The notes: generated by a model not told the origin, from the letters alone. Positions 1-10,242 are shown, counted from the stretch's first letter. The stretch: DNA of 64,000 bases from Entomortierella parvispora E1425 (GCA_020891255.1 BQFW01000005.1:1116001-1180000); one strand, 5' to 3'. A program made the numbers and translations.

Positions 1-120
1 GTTTCCCAGCTTCTACAGGTTGACAATTGTGGTGTGGTGGGTGCTTCCAAAAAAAAAAAAAAAGGGGGAGAGAACAAAGGTGGATTGTCACGCAAAAACT
101 TTTGGCGTGACAACCAATTG

Positions 121-283
121 TGTCTAGCGTTGCCGAATGAAATGAAGGCTAAAGCAACATTTATTCGACACCGACAAGGGACTCTAGATGTGTGTATCTT
201 TCTTTATTGATCTCACGTGACTCCAAAGAAAAAATTGCTCTGCAATAAAGGGATCTCTCGATGCATCTCTCAGATCTCCATCT
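121..283. repeat. DIRS right ITR with terminal extension
   Basis: 121-191 (tgtctagcgttgccg...gactctagatgt) is the exact reverse complement of 319-389. About 190-283 is the reverse complement of 4247-4340. Confidence 0.95.
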
Positions 284-318
284 ACTCGCAAAGATATGCC
301 TAGGGCGGGCCGGGTGGG

Positions 319-422
319 ACATCTAGAGTCCCTTGTCGGTGTCGAATAAATGTTGCTTTAGCCTTCATTTCATTCGGCAACGCTAGACATTATTCTTCCC
401 CCTCCAAGGGACTCTATCTGTG
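319..422. repeat. DIRS internal complementary region (ICR)
   Basis: 319-389 is complementary to the right terminus. 389-422 (attattcttccccctccaagggactctatctgtg) is complementary to the left terminus at about 4339-4371. Together they spell the circle junction gaagaataa-t-gtctagc. Confidence 0.93.
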
Positions 423-2823
423 AATCCAGATGTCGGGGAAGAAGAGTGTTGGTGAAGTTGCTAACGAGGGTCCTTGAAATTCGATAGTAGTTCTCCACCA
501 TGGTAGGCGATGACCAGTTCCCTTGAACGGTCACTTCCTCCAACGGAACCCCTTTCTTGAGGGCGTTCGTAGCTCCCAGCGCCCTGACCTTTGGGCGGGG
601 TTGCCCCTTCTCTCTGGGCATCAGATCCAGGAGGACGGCAAGGTACTTGGAGATTCTCTCTGCTCCCAGAGGCGATTTGCCATAGCTGATCTCCCTGATT
701 AGGGGTATTATTTCAACCTCCAACAACTCCTTGTCCAGCTTGGGGTGTTGCTGCCTTGCATGTTCGTCGTGTTTCTCAGTACGCCTACGGTACTCCTGAT
801 ACACTTCTACCGGGCAAAAGATTGGATCTGTGTGCGGATGTATCAAGACGGTCTTGATAATGCGTTGTCCATCTCGACGTTCCTTGGGAGAGACGATGGT
901 CAATTCCAGCACTCCATCTCGAATTCGGCACTGCTTTGTGTCTATACAAGCCAAGTCGTCCGGTCGAAGGAGTCCTACCAGTCCCAGCAAGAAGCATGTC
1001 TTCGATGTCAAGTGCCTAATGTTTAGGCCCTTGTTCTCACCCTTCTTGAGGATCTCGATGAAGATAGGTGTCGTATCCGCGTCGTCGTGACGTAGCCGCT
1101 TGAGTGTGTGTGCACCAATGACCTTTAGAAAATCTGACAGATTTTCATCCGCTCGCCACTCTTCCTGACGGTCCCTCGGGAAGAGTTTGAGTACTGATGA
1201 CAAGTAGGCTCGGGCCGTTTGCGGCTTCCAAGCCCTAATCTCCACTCCATAGTTCAGGAAGTTCATCAAGTCCGTAGGTGAGGTATCCTCTAGTGGTCGA
1301 CCTCTCTCCTGCATCCATTGCGTGAATGTTCGTTGACTCGATGTGCTCTTGTTCCTTTCCTGAGCGGATTTGGAGTCAAACAATCGGCGAATGACTCCTG
1401 CGTCGGCCCCTGTGGTCACAGCTTGCTGCCGTCGACGCTCCACGCTGTTAACTGCCACATGGGGTTCCGCTCCAGTGGCTGTGGGCTGTTTCCTGGTGCG
1501 GGTTGTACCATTGTCCTCGGTACTGGGATTGGGCTGTGTGTTGACATGGCCTGGATTGTAGGGTACCAAATCATAGCAGGCCACTGTGGTGTGATCACTG
1601 TCGCCTGCACCTTGTCCGTTCTGATCTTCTCCAGGACTCGGTTGAGGAGTGACCACGGTGGGCAGATGTAGACTCGGCCCAGGTCCTTCCAACTGAAGCT
1701 GAACGCATCCTGTCTCCACGCTGTCTCCTCGTGCATCCAGGAGACGTAGCGTTGAGTCTTCGCGTTCTTTGCCGTGGCGAATAGATCGACTGAGTGATGC
1801 CCCCAGGTCGAGTCTAGCTGTCGATAGAACGAGTTGTTGATCGACCACTCCAACTGTGCTGTCATGCGTCTCGATGGTGAGTCGGCTGGATTGAACTGAG
1901 ACGGTACGTACGTTGTCATGAGTCGGGTTCCCGTCTTGATGCAATAGTCCCAAATTTGTGTTGCTAGGTCCAGCAATCGCTTTGATTTGGTCCCTCCAAA
2001 CTTGTTTATCTGCGCAATTGCCGTCGTATTGTCGCAGATTACCTGGATTGTCCTGCCGCGCATGTCCGGCAGGTGTATCAGATGCCATATCACCTTCAAT
2101 TCCTTGTAATTGATGTGATACGGTTGCTCCTCCTGTGTCCATGTCTTCGAGATCTCCTCGTCCTCGTAGACTATCCCCCATGCGTCCTGAGATGCATCCG
2201 TGAATACATCGATCTCTGACCTCTGGGGGAGGAATCCCTGACCATTCCATGTCGACAGGTTTTTGCACCACCATTGAAGATCCTCTTTCGATTGGTGGTC
2301 CAGTGTGACAGACTCCGTCCATGGGCAGTTCCTTGCTAATGCTGAGTTCTGAGCTTGGATGAGTCGGCGCGTCTTTAGTCGTGCTGGAAAGATGGCCACT
2401 GTCATGGACATCGCTCTCCCTATGAAGGACGCCAATCTCTTCAGCGGGACTGCTGCTGCCTGCAGCATCTTGTTGTCTTCTCTCCTCAGGTCTCGGATCT
2501 TGTTCCCCGGGACTGACAGTGACATTTGGACGGTGTCTATGTGAAATCCCAGGTGATTGATCTGTTGCAAAGGCGTAAGCATTGATTTCTCGTTCTGAAT
2601 GAGGAATCCCAGTCGTTCCAGCTTCTGACGTACCATGAGAGTGTGTCTTTCTGACTCTTCTCTGCTGGTTGCGGCAACTAATATGTCGTCTAAATATGCT
2701 GAAATGCGGATCCCCTGTTTGCGTGCCCACTGCAGGATGGGTCGTATGATCTTGGTGAAGACGTAAGGGGACAGTGAGAGACCGAATGGAAGGGTCCTGA
2801 ACTGATATGTCTTCCCGTGCCAT
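370..2823 (-). CDS. DIRS tyrosine recombinase ORF (catalytic part about 370-1420; long N-terminal part overlaps pol in another frame)
   Basis: LLRPDDL (catalytic R), HPHTDPIFCPV, PKVRALGA, QGNWSS and ENYY. The ATG at 2823 corresponds to the start of the 813-aa ORF in copy 2. Confidence 0.88.
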   Translation of the reverse strand: MAREDISVQDPSIRSLTVPLRLHQDHTTHPAVGTQTGDPHFSIFRRHISCRNQQRRVRKTHSHGTSEAGTTGIPHSEREINAYAFATDQSPGISHRHRPNVTVSPGEQDPRPEERRQQDAAGSSSPAEEIGVLHRESDVHDSGHLSSTTKDAPTHPSSELSISKELPMDGVCHTGPPIERGSSMVVQKPVDMEWSGIPPPEVRDRCIHGCISGRMGDSLRGRGDLEDMDTGGATVSHQLQGIEGDMASDTPAGHARQDNPGNLRQYDGNCADKQVWRDQIKAIAGPSNTNLGLLHQDGNPTHDNVRTVSVQSSRLTIETHDSTVGVVDQQLVLSTARLDLGASLSRSIRHGKEREDSTLRLLDARGDSVETGCVQLQLEGPGPSLHLPTVVTPQPSPGEDQNGQGAGDSDHTTVACYDLVPYNPGHVNTQPNPSTEDNGTTRTRKQPTATGAEPHVAVNSVERRRQQAVTTGADAGVIRRLFDSKSAQERNKSTSSQRTFTQWMQERGRPLEDTSPTDLMNFLNYGVEIRAWKPQTARAYLSSVLKLFPRDRQEEWRADENLSDFLKVIGAHTLKRLRHDDADTTPIFIEILKKGENKGLNIRHLTSKTCFLLGLVGLLRPDDLACIDTKQCRIRDGVLELTIVSPKERRDGQRIIKTVLIHPHTDPIFCPVEVYQEYRRRTEKHDEHARQQHPKLDKELLEVEIIPLIREISYGKSPLGAERISKYLAVLLDLMPREKGQPRPKVRALGATNALKKGVPLEEVTVQGNWSSPTMVENYYRISRTLVSNFTNTLLPRHLDSQIESLGGGRIMSSVAE

Positions 2824-3240
2824 CGGAAGCGTAGGTAGCGTCGACTTTTTCGGCTGTACGGCGACGTGGAGGAAGGCGTCGCTTAAGTCGATTGATGTCA
2901 ACCAATCCTTCGGCCGCAACATTTGGCAGATGTGAGTGAGCGTCTCCATCTTGAAATGTGGGGCCTTCAGGTGTTGGTTGAGAGGTCGAAGGTTGAGGAC
3001 AGGGCGGAGGCCCCCTGTCTTCTTGGGTATTGTGAATAGACGGCTGTAATATCCCCAGCCTGAGCATTCTTCTATGGCCCTTTTTTGTAATAAAGAAACG
3101 ATCTCTTTGTTTATTTCCTCCTTCTCCGCTGGTGTGGTGTAGGGATCGTGGATTGGTGGGAGGCGCATTGGCGGTGGTTTGCTGAAGACGATCGAGTACC
3201 CCTTGCTGACAATGTTGTTGACCCAAGTTGAATCTGTCAT
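1416..3240 (-). CDS. DIRS pol: reverse transcriptase, RNase H and DAM-like methyltransferase domain, with a +1 frameshift at T5 2846-2850
   Basis: YSRLFTIPKKTGGLRPVLNL, IDLSDAFLHV, LPFGLSLSP and YLDD (2685-2696); RNase H VFTDAS / HINYKEL / CDNTTA; MT DLFA and ICPPW. Removing one T at 2846-2850 (as in copy 2) joins the two frames. Confidence 0.92.
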
Positions 3241-3278
3241 CTCCTCCCATTCCCGTTTGAATTGGAGAAGGCGTGCTC

Positions 3279-4188
3279 CTACTGGCGCTCCTTCTCTGAT
3301 CCGTTTCCCTTGTCTCCTGCAGACTTGTTGTCGTCGTAGTTGCTCGACTTTCTGGCCTTGTAAGGGCGGTTGTTCCTGCCGCCACCGTCACGGCTATTTG
3401 TTGACTCCTTTGACTTCTCGTGGGTAGATTTCTTGTCTGAGTCCTCGGGTTGCTTCTTCTTGAACCCGGGTTTCTTATGCAAGGGTCTCTTGCTTTCCTT
3501 GACGCTTGGCTTGGTGTAAGTCTTGCTGACGAGGTCCACAGTCGTTCTACGTTTGGCGAGGTCTTCCAGAGTGAGGATAGCATTCTCCTGGGGCTCTGAA
3601 GTTGGGAGTTCCAGATGGCGGAGATAGATGTCCTTCCGCATGAGGCTGATCTTGGAGGCGTCGTTAGATACCAAGATGCGGGCAGTGTTGACAAATGAAA
3701 TGACGTGCTTGGCGAGCTCGTCTGCGTCCATTTCATATGTGAGAATTTCGTCGACGAGTGTGTCGAACAATCTCGTGGAGTTGGCCATGTGTCCCTGAAT
3801 CTTGGCCAGGTCCTGCTCATGTTTGCGAGCCAACTCTGGGAGGGTGACGCCCTGATGTTCCAAGACTGGTGGTGCTTTGTAGACCATACCATCGGTGTAG
3901 TGATAGTCGTTCCAGTCAAAAGAGGTTATGTCCTGCAGGGAGGACAGTGTTGAAGAAGTGTTTTTGTGTGATTGCTGGGTACTGATTCTGAAGTTCCGGG
4001 TATTGTAAGAGAGTGGTTGCTCGGTCACTCTTGTAGACCACTTGTCCAGGTCGAATGTCGCTCTCAGTGGCTTGGTCCTGTAGCTCCTTGAGGAGTCGAT
4101 CTTGGTCAGATAGTTTCTGGGTAAGAGATAGGACCGCAGCTGCCAAGGTGGCAATGTCGGGGGAAGATTGGGTGGTGGCATCGGACAT
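3279..4188 (-). CDS. DIRS gag-like ORF, apparently split by a +1 frameshift at A4 3918-3921
   Basis: ATG at 4188 (MSDATTQSSPDIATLAAAVLSLTQKL...YPELQNQYPAITQKHFFNTVLPAGHNLF) runs into FDWNDYHYTDGMVYKAPP of the 3279-4181 frame if one A is removed, giving 303 codons. Basic, low-complexity C-terminus overlapping the pol entry (PVGARLLQFKREW). Confidence 0.72.
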
Positions 4189-4463
4189 TAGATCAGGATC
4201 AGTCGAGTTTCGGGGGATGATTAATGTCCGGCCGCGTGAAAAAGAAAGATGGAGATCTGAGAGATGCATCGAGAGATCCCTTTATTGCAGAGCAATTTTT
4301 TCTTTGGAGTCACGTGAGATCAATAAAGAAAGATACACACAGATAGAGTCCCTTGGAGGGGGAAGAATAATAAAAAAAAAGGCGCCCCTCTCTTTGTTCC
4401 CATGATTGCTTTGCTTCTCTTTGGTACATTTCCACACATGCACTCTCATCGTCATTTCTCGCC

Positions 4464-5323
4464 ATGCCTACTCCTCCAACCTTGCCTGATGAGGTCATGT
4501 GGATTGTGGATGATCTGTCAAAATCGTCTTCTGGCATGCATCCAGGTCTCACGTTCCAGGTACCGAATCTTCCGAGTCTTTGGTAGGAGATTTCATCCTG
4601 ATTTCAATGACAGCGAGCTCGTGCCACGACAACAGCGCCATGAAGGAAATGGATCACCAAATCTGTGAGCATGCTGAGATGATCACATCTTCTGCATTCA
4701 CTTTGCAACCAACTATATTTGTGGTGTTGATCAATTCGACACTGCCCCTTTCGCTGGACACTTTATTCGGGTCATCTCAAATCTCTCGGTGTGAGTGCTT
4801 TATACGATGCTAATTATCGAGTTATCCCGCACCTTGTCAGAAAGCTCTTTGCCGGCTGTTGAGGTCTCGAAAACCAGCTGATCAGCCTTGACCTTTGTAC
4901 GGTGCATTTGTTTATAGATGAGATGGACGAGCAGTTAAGACTGGTGTTCTTAGGGCTCAAAGGTTTCAAGCTGTCGCATACCTGGAAGCAGACCACCTTG
5001 TTCAAGAGGAATAGTCTCCATAATGGTTCGAACGATTGGTCGGGTGCAGAATCCAGCATTTGGGCCAACTCTTGGAGGACTACCGAGAGATTCGGTTGCT
5101 CGGATTAAGTTGGCGATATCCTATATCTCTAAGAAAAGTTCCCTGGATGACAGAACAACTGCGAGCTGGCTTTGTATCTACTGAAGACATTGAATCGATT
5201 AGGAACGCTGGTTGTCCCTCGGGTATATCAGGGAGTGTATCTTCAGGAAGCAGACTGAATGGTTCGGCACTGGCCGAATCTTTGGACTATTTGCATGAGC
5301 AAGGAGTATCCAGGGCTGTATAA
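4464..5323 (+). pseudogene. Internally deleted, frameshifted F-box/LRR-like pseudogene
   Basis: Fragments MPTPPTLPDEVMWIV, LLACIQVSRS, LFIDEMDEQLRLVFLGLK, QLLEDYREIRLLGLSW and DYLHEQGV* lie in different frames and match successive parts of the intact neighbours. Confidence 0.75.
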
Positions 5324-5705
5324 CCTGCGGTGTGGTGCAGATCTTGGATATAGTAAGGACGTTTGCGTAGAAAGAGAAGGCCTTTCTAGACCACAATGAT
5401 AGGGGTGGAGGGGGGTTAAGCTAGGAGTGCCCGTCTTTGTTGCCGTCAACTGTTGTCTGTTGTAACTTTTGGTCGTTGGTCGCAATAAAGAAAACACAAA
5501 CACAGAAAGGGTACAGAGATCGATCTGTGTTCCTTGTGAGTCTTGATGTTCGATTGTGGTTCGGTTGTGACAACAAACCAAAAAAAAAAAAAAAAAAAGG
5601 GGGGTCCATGCGGCGAGGAGCGTAAGTACAGAAGTGAGTTCAGGTCCCGTTTACCTTCCCACGCGATTTCAACTACATCTCCTCATTCCTTTCCATCTCA
5701 ATCTA

Positions 5706-7298
5706 ATGCCTCTCAAGACGACTCATCCAATCGACATTCCAGAGATTGTCGCCATCATCAGCCCATATTGTCCCCAGAGAGACATCTACGCCTGTGTTCT
5801 GGTCTCCCGTAGATGGAAAAGAGCGTTTGAGCCGCACACCTGGAGAGAGATTCGCCTCAAAAAGACCGACACCGAGCCCGAGAATTGCAGCGCGACCCTT
5901 GATTCTCTCAAACTACATATCGATCAGATCCAAACCCTGCAGGTCCAAAACATCCTCCCCGACTCGGATGTCGCGTACCTCGATATTGACTTTCCTCAGC
6001 TAAGGCACTTGGGACTCAAGTTTTCAAGGTCGCAGGAAGAGGGGCGCTGGCGGGAGGAAATTTGGCATATTCTTCGTCAATTGGCTCCTCAGCTCCAGAC
6101 ACTGGCAGTGGACGGCATGCACGAATTCAATTTCGGAGGCGGCAATCCCCGCTGCTGTTCCACCTGGAGACTGCTGCAGGGCTGTCAACGAGACCCTGGG
6201 GACCACCGGAGACTCTCTGAATTGAGAATGAAGTCAAGCGAGCTTTTTATTGACGAGATGACTGAAGACGATACCAAGATTTTCTTACAACTCAAGTCTT
6301 TGGTGCTAGAAAATACAAGATTATCTGGATCAAATTTGGACATTGCTAAACTACGCCTGCCGAAGCTGACTCAAAGCAAAATCGAAACCCTGGTCATGAA
6401 GCAGTGTAAGCCTCTCAGTCCTCAGTACTATATTCTGGAGAGTTGTGGGGAGCTACGATCGCTCACCTGGGACTGCAGCGGGAGTACAGAAGATTCAGAC
6501 ATCACGAACATGCTGTTTCTACAGGGTTTACAGCAGGGCCGCTGGTCCCACATCGAGTCTCTGACATTCCAGATGGTCAATCTCTGGGACAGGGAGCTTG
6601 CCGAAATCCTCAAGGCGATTGGACCACTCAAGAGCCTCACGATGGACAGAACCAGTTTTGGAGCTATTTGTACAGACACCTTGGTGGATGTCAGTGGGAA
6701 ACACATCAGGACGCTAACGAGCCTATCACTGCTGGATTGTTCGAGGCTCTCGGGAACATTGGCTCATCGACTCTTATGTTCCCTTCCAAACCTTCAAGTT
6801 TTCCAGGCCCGGGTGCTTACGGCGCAGAGTGTAAGTTTAGTCCCTGAGCCTTGGATTTGTTCGGGGCTGAGAGAATTCCGAGTTGGTCTCGTGAATGGCG
6901 AGAGAGAGAGCCAGGTAGCGTTGCTACCGTCGTGCCCTTTGCCACCTTTACCTGCAACCACCTTTCTGAACCGAATAGCTGAACTGCGCCATCTCCAAGT
7001 CTTTGAGGTCCTGAGGACAATCACTGAAGTCGGAGTGGGACTCTCTCCGGTGTACAGCTACCAAAAGCTGACGATGGATTCGGGGCTAGAGACTCTGGCA
7101 AGTTTGCGATCCCTGAGGGAGTTGAGACTGAGGGACCCGACAGGCCAAGAGATTGGCTTGGATGAAGCACGGTGGATGGTGCAGAAATGGCCAAGATTAG
7201 AGATTGTTGATCTGCGCGGCGTGAACTCTCAGACGAATGTAGGTCAATCGGTGGCGGCATACTTTAAGGAGCACAAAGTGACCTGCCTTCTAAAATAA
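5706..7298 (+). CDS. F-box / RNI-like leucine-rich repeat protein (530 aa, intronless)
   Basis: N-terminal HPIDIPEIVAIISPY...ACVLVSRRWKRAF F-box-like motif; repeated LxxLxL units; PWICSGLREF and EARWMVQKWPRLE family motifs. ATG 5706 preferred over GTG 5634. Confidence 0.88.
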   Translation: MPLKTTHPIDIPEIVAIISPYCPQRDIYACVLVSRRWKRAFEPHTWREIRLKKTDTEPENCSATLDSLKLHIDQIQTLQVQNILPDSDVAYLDIDFPQLRHLGLKFSRSQEEGRWREEIWHILRQLAPQLQTLAVDGMHEFNFGGGNPRCCSTWRLLQGCQRDPGDHRRLSELRMKSSELFIDEMTEDDTKIFLQLKSLVLENTRLSGSNLDIAKLRLPKLTQSKIETLVMKQCKPLSPQYYILESCGELRSLTWDCSGSTEDSDITNMLFLQGLQQGRWSHIESLTFQMVNLWDRELAEILKAIGPLKSLTMDRTSFGAICTDTLVDVSGKHIRTLTSLSLLDCSRLSGTLAHRLLCSLPNLQVFQARVLTAQSVSLVPEPWICSGLREFRVGLVNGERESQVALLPSCPLPPLPATTFLNRIAELRHLQVFEVLRTITEVGVGLSPVYSYQKLTMDSGLETLASLRSLRELRLRDPTGQEIGLDEARWMVQKWPRLEIVDLRGVNSQTNVGQSVAAYFKEHKVTCLLK

Positions 7299-7331
7299 AG
7301 AGGCTTGAGTTCAGAAGGACACCGCAGGGGA

Positions 7332-7365
<34 letters not shown>

Positions 7366-7575
7366 GTGGTGTGTGTTCTCAGTAACTTGGGTACGTGCGG
7401 CCATCGCCGGGTTTATTATCGCTTTTTCTCATTCCAGGATATCGACCCTTCTGTTGCTCTGTCTTGATCTCTTTTTCTCCCCTGGGTGGAGTGCCTATGA
7501 GGTGGCGACCAAGATAAGTTAAAAAAACGATTAAGGCACACACTGAGAAAGGGGAGGGAACGAAGGGCAATACCC

Positions 7576-9010
7576 TTAACCGCAGCTCTGACAATCGGAG
7601 CAACCGCGAGAAAACTTAAAGTGGCTATGACGATCCAAAACTCCGATTGTGGTCTTCAGCGAGTTTAGGAGTGTTGAAAGTTCCTCATCCTTGTGGTTCA
7701 ATTCTGGCATCAAACAGAGCTGCATGGCCTCCTGGCGATCAGTAGTGGACAACACTTTTCTCGCCATAGGCGAGTACAAGTTGAACATTCCAGATAGGGC
7801 AACGAAGGCATCACGAAAGTGGAGACACGATTCCTTGTCGACGTTTTCCAGCCCCATCCATGGCATCTTTTGCATCACTGAGGTGTTGCCACGCCAGTGC
7901 ATACAGTTTCCTGCGCTCCGGGTCCTTCTCAGTCTCTTTGGTCGTAGTAGGGGGAACATCAACATCTTTGCCCCTGAACTAAGAAGCAGGGCAAGTGTCA
8001 GTATCAACTTAACAAAAAGCCACATAAGAACCCTTCAATGCATACAAAAAACTCTTACTAGATCGACTACAACCTCCGCCAAATCATGCCAAGGGTCTCT
8101 GAGTCTCATTTCTTTTTTTGGCCAAATCGCTTGTCGCTTGATACTGGGGTACTCGTCCTCTTGACCTGGTTCTTCTTCGCATTTGGGACAGGAGGCGGCG
8201 TGCTGCAGACTCTGTGCCTCAGAGGCCAGCAAGGTGTCAGATGACATACGATTTGAAGACATAGTGACATGATCTTGATCATTGTCGTTGCAAGAACGTG
8301 AGACGCACACAATGGAGGCATCTGAGCTATTTGCCACCCTTCTTTCTTGTGTGCCCAAGAGAATCACTTTTTGATTCTCTCTGGAAATCTGCTTTTTCTG
8401 CTTTCCAGCGAGAATCAAGTTACACAAAAACGAAAGAAGGGTCAATCAACTCGAAGAATCAAGAAAGTGATTTTCTTCGGCCTCGAAGAAAGGAGGTAGG
8501 CTATTGTTTTAGAGATGTAAAGTGGTTAGCGGCAACTAGAATTGCATTCATGATATTCTTTAGGCACATGTTTGGCATATGACGTTCATTTATTGCGGTT
8601 CGCCCTTACCTTCAACCAGCTCAGCCTGACTCTCATCCTCACCCTCGTCCTCAGAATCATCCAGCAAATCTTGATCGGTCGAACTACTTCCTGCCTCTGA
8701 AAAAAACTTCTCACACGCTGTCTTGGCCTGCGTAATCCCAGCATCTTGAATGACAACCCCAGCGCGCTTGACAGTCACCTCGGTATTGACCTGCAGAAGT
8801 CTTTCAGCCCAAAAGGTTTTGCGATGGTGGTTCTGAAAGTCCTGGAATGTTTTTTCCAGCTTGTCACGTCGACGAGTACGGATACTTGGACAGTCCAATA
8901 CTGCCATGAATCGTCGTAAAGATCGAAACGACGCACGAAATTGGCAAACTACAAACTACACGTGTTCCTTGCCTGGTACTTTATTTCGTACCCCAGGCAT
9001 CATGTCTCTG
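7576..9010 (-). pseudogene. Decayed member of a multicopy gene family of unknown function (possibly transposon-derived)
   Basis: Broken frames VRNKVPGKEHV, MAVLDCPSIRTRRRDKLEKTFQDFQNHHRKTFWAERL...TEVTVKRAGVVIQDAG and ESCLHFRDAFVALSGMFNLY. DNA homology to 19790-19860, 33930-33990 and 42995-43110. Confidence 0.55.
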
Positions 9011-9294
9011 AGTCGATTGGTGAGTAGCTTGGTGATTACCTTGGCAGCTGTGTTGATAAGACTTAAAGGGGTCGCCAGTTTTTCAACATAGCTGCATCCC
9101 CTTTCTTATATAGTAGTACCATTACTGTGTTCTTCCAGGAGGGAGGGAAAAAGGATTGAGTGACCGCCTCATTCAGCACCTGCTCAAAGAGCGAGCGCAT
9201 CTGAGGATAGGTCATCAATCTTCAACAGAGCTCATAGGGCAAACCGTCAATTCCGGTGACCGGCCTTTTGGGGCTTTTAGAAACAATAAGATCA

Positions 9295-9770
9295 GCAAGC
9301 ACACATGAGCCAAGCGATCAATTTCAACTTTGAGACGCTACTTCAATTGCACTAACTGAGTAGGCCAAGGAGGAAACGCGTCTAATGGCTGGAGTGGTTT
9401 TGACATGATACCACCATGATAGAACATCAAGGTGAGGCGAGGTGCTGTAGTGACAGCAAGCACACAAGAGCCTAGAGTTTGACTTCTACTTCAGTGACTA
9501 CCTCAGTTAGTAGACCAAGGAGGAAACGCGTCAAATGGCCGAGGTGGTTTAGACATGATGCCCCAATGATAAAACATCAAGGGGCATGAGGTGCCATCAC
9601 TGAACAAGACAGCGAGCGCACAAAAGCCAAGCGATCAATTTCAACTTTGAGCCGCTACTTTAGTTGCTCTGATTGAGAAGATCAAGGAGGAAACGCACCA
9701 AATGGCCAGCGTGGTTTTGACATGATGCCTCAAGGATAAAACATCGAAGTGGCATTAGGTGCTGCCTTAC
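9295..9770. repeat. Three imperfect tandem repeats of about 156-161 bp
   Basis: Units start at about 9295, 9456 and 9612. Each has gc(a/g)agc(a/g)caca, caaggaggaaacgc (9366, 9516, 9683), gtggttt(t/a)gacatgat and aacatc. Confidence 0.85.
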
Positions 9771-9774
9771 AAGA

Positions 9775-10242
9775 AATCGAATAAAAAAAATACAACAGCC
9801 AGCTACTGATACATGAACGATATGGTAACGATTATGCGTTGAAGATGAGGATGAGAGCCGATTGGTGCATCGAGTGTTATTCATTTGAATGTGCGAAGAT
9901 GATAAAGGATGTAGAGCGAGGATGGGACAATGGAAAGTGTGAACCACGTTGGCTGTGTGATTGTGAGTGAGCCTCTTCACGATTCCAAATCAGACAGGCT
10001 CGGATGATCCAATTCTACCTCAAGCAAATGGCACTTGCCGTTGATGCAAAGACAAGGAGTATGCTATTGTGCGATGTGGTGAGGGAATTGGAAATATGTA
10101 CGAATGATGCTGGGCGAAACGACGGAGCATAGTCGTAGATGCGGCACAAAGATGTGAGTGAAGGGAAGCAGGCGTGATGGATGGATGGATTGGAGAGAGA
10201 GGAAGGCGTGATGGCGAAATTGATTAATGGATTGGATCACCC
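9775..10242. repeat. Dispersed repeat of about 470 bp, copy 1 (copy 2 at 34034-34523)
   Basis: Collinear high identity from aatcgaataaaaaaa..acaacagcc to gaaattgattaatggat.ggatcaccct, same orientation. Confidence 0.9.

Larger units (their letters stand above)
121..4371 (-). mobile_element. Complete DIRS1-type tyrosine-recombinase retrotransposon (copy 1), about 4.25 kb
   Basis: gag-like, RT/RNaseH/methyltransferase and YR frames on the minus strand. Inverted terminal repeats (190-283 vs 4247-4340) with non-matching extensions, plus an internal complementary region at 319-422 matching both termini. No TSD. This is the diagnostic DIRS1 layout. Confidence 0.96.

Noticed and set aside
370-3240. 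956-aa RT-YR fusion protein in the ORF track
   Set aside because: Produced by the extra T at 2846-2850; in copy 2 the RT continues into the YLDD/RNase H frame instead.
2690-3919. 409-aa ORF inside the DIRS element
   Set aside because: Alternative-frame shadow of gag/pol with no recognisable motifs.
9295-9770. CRISPR-like array or bacterial RBS (AGGAGG followed by ATG)
   Set aside because: The units are long and degenerate with no unique spacers or cas genes. The context is eukaryotic, and the downstream frames close within a few codons.
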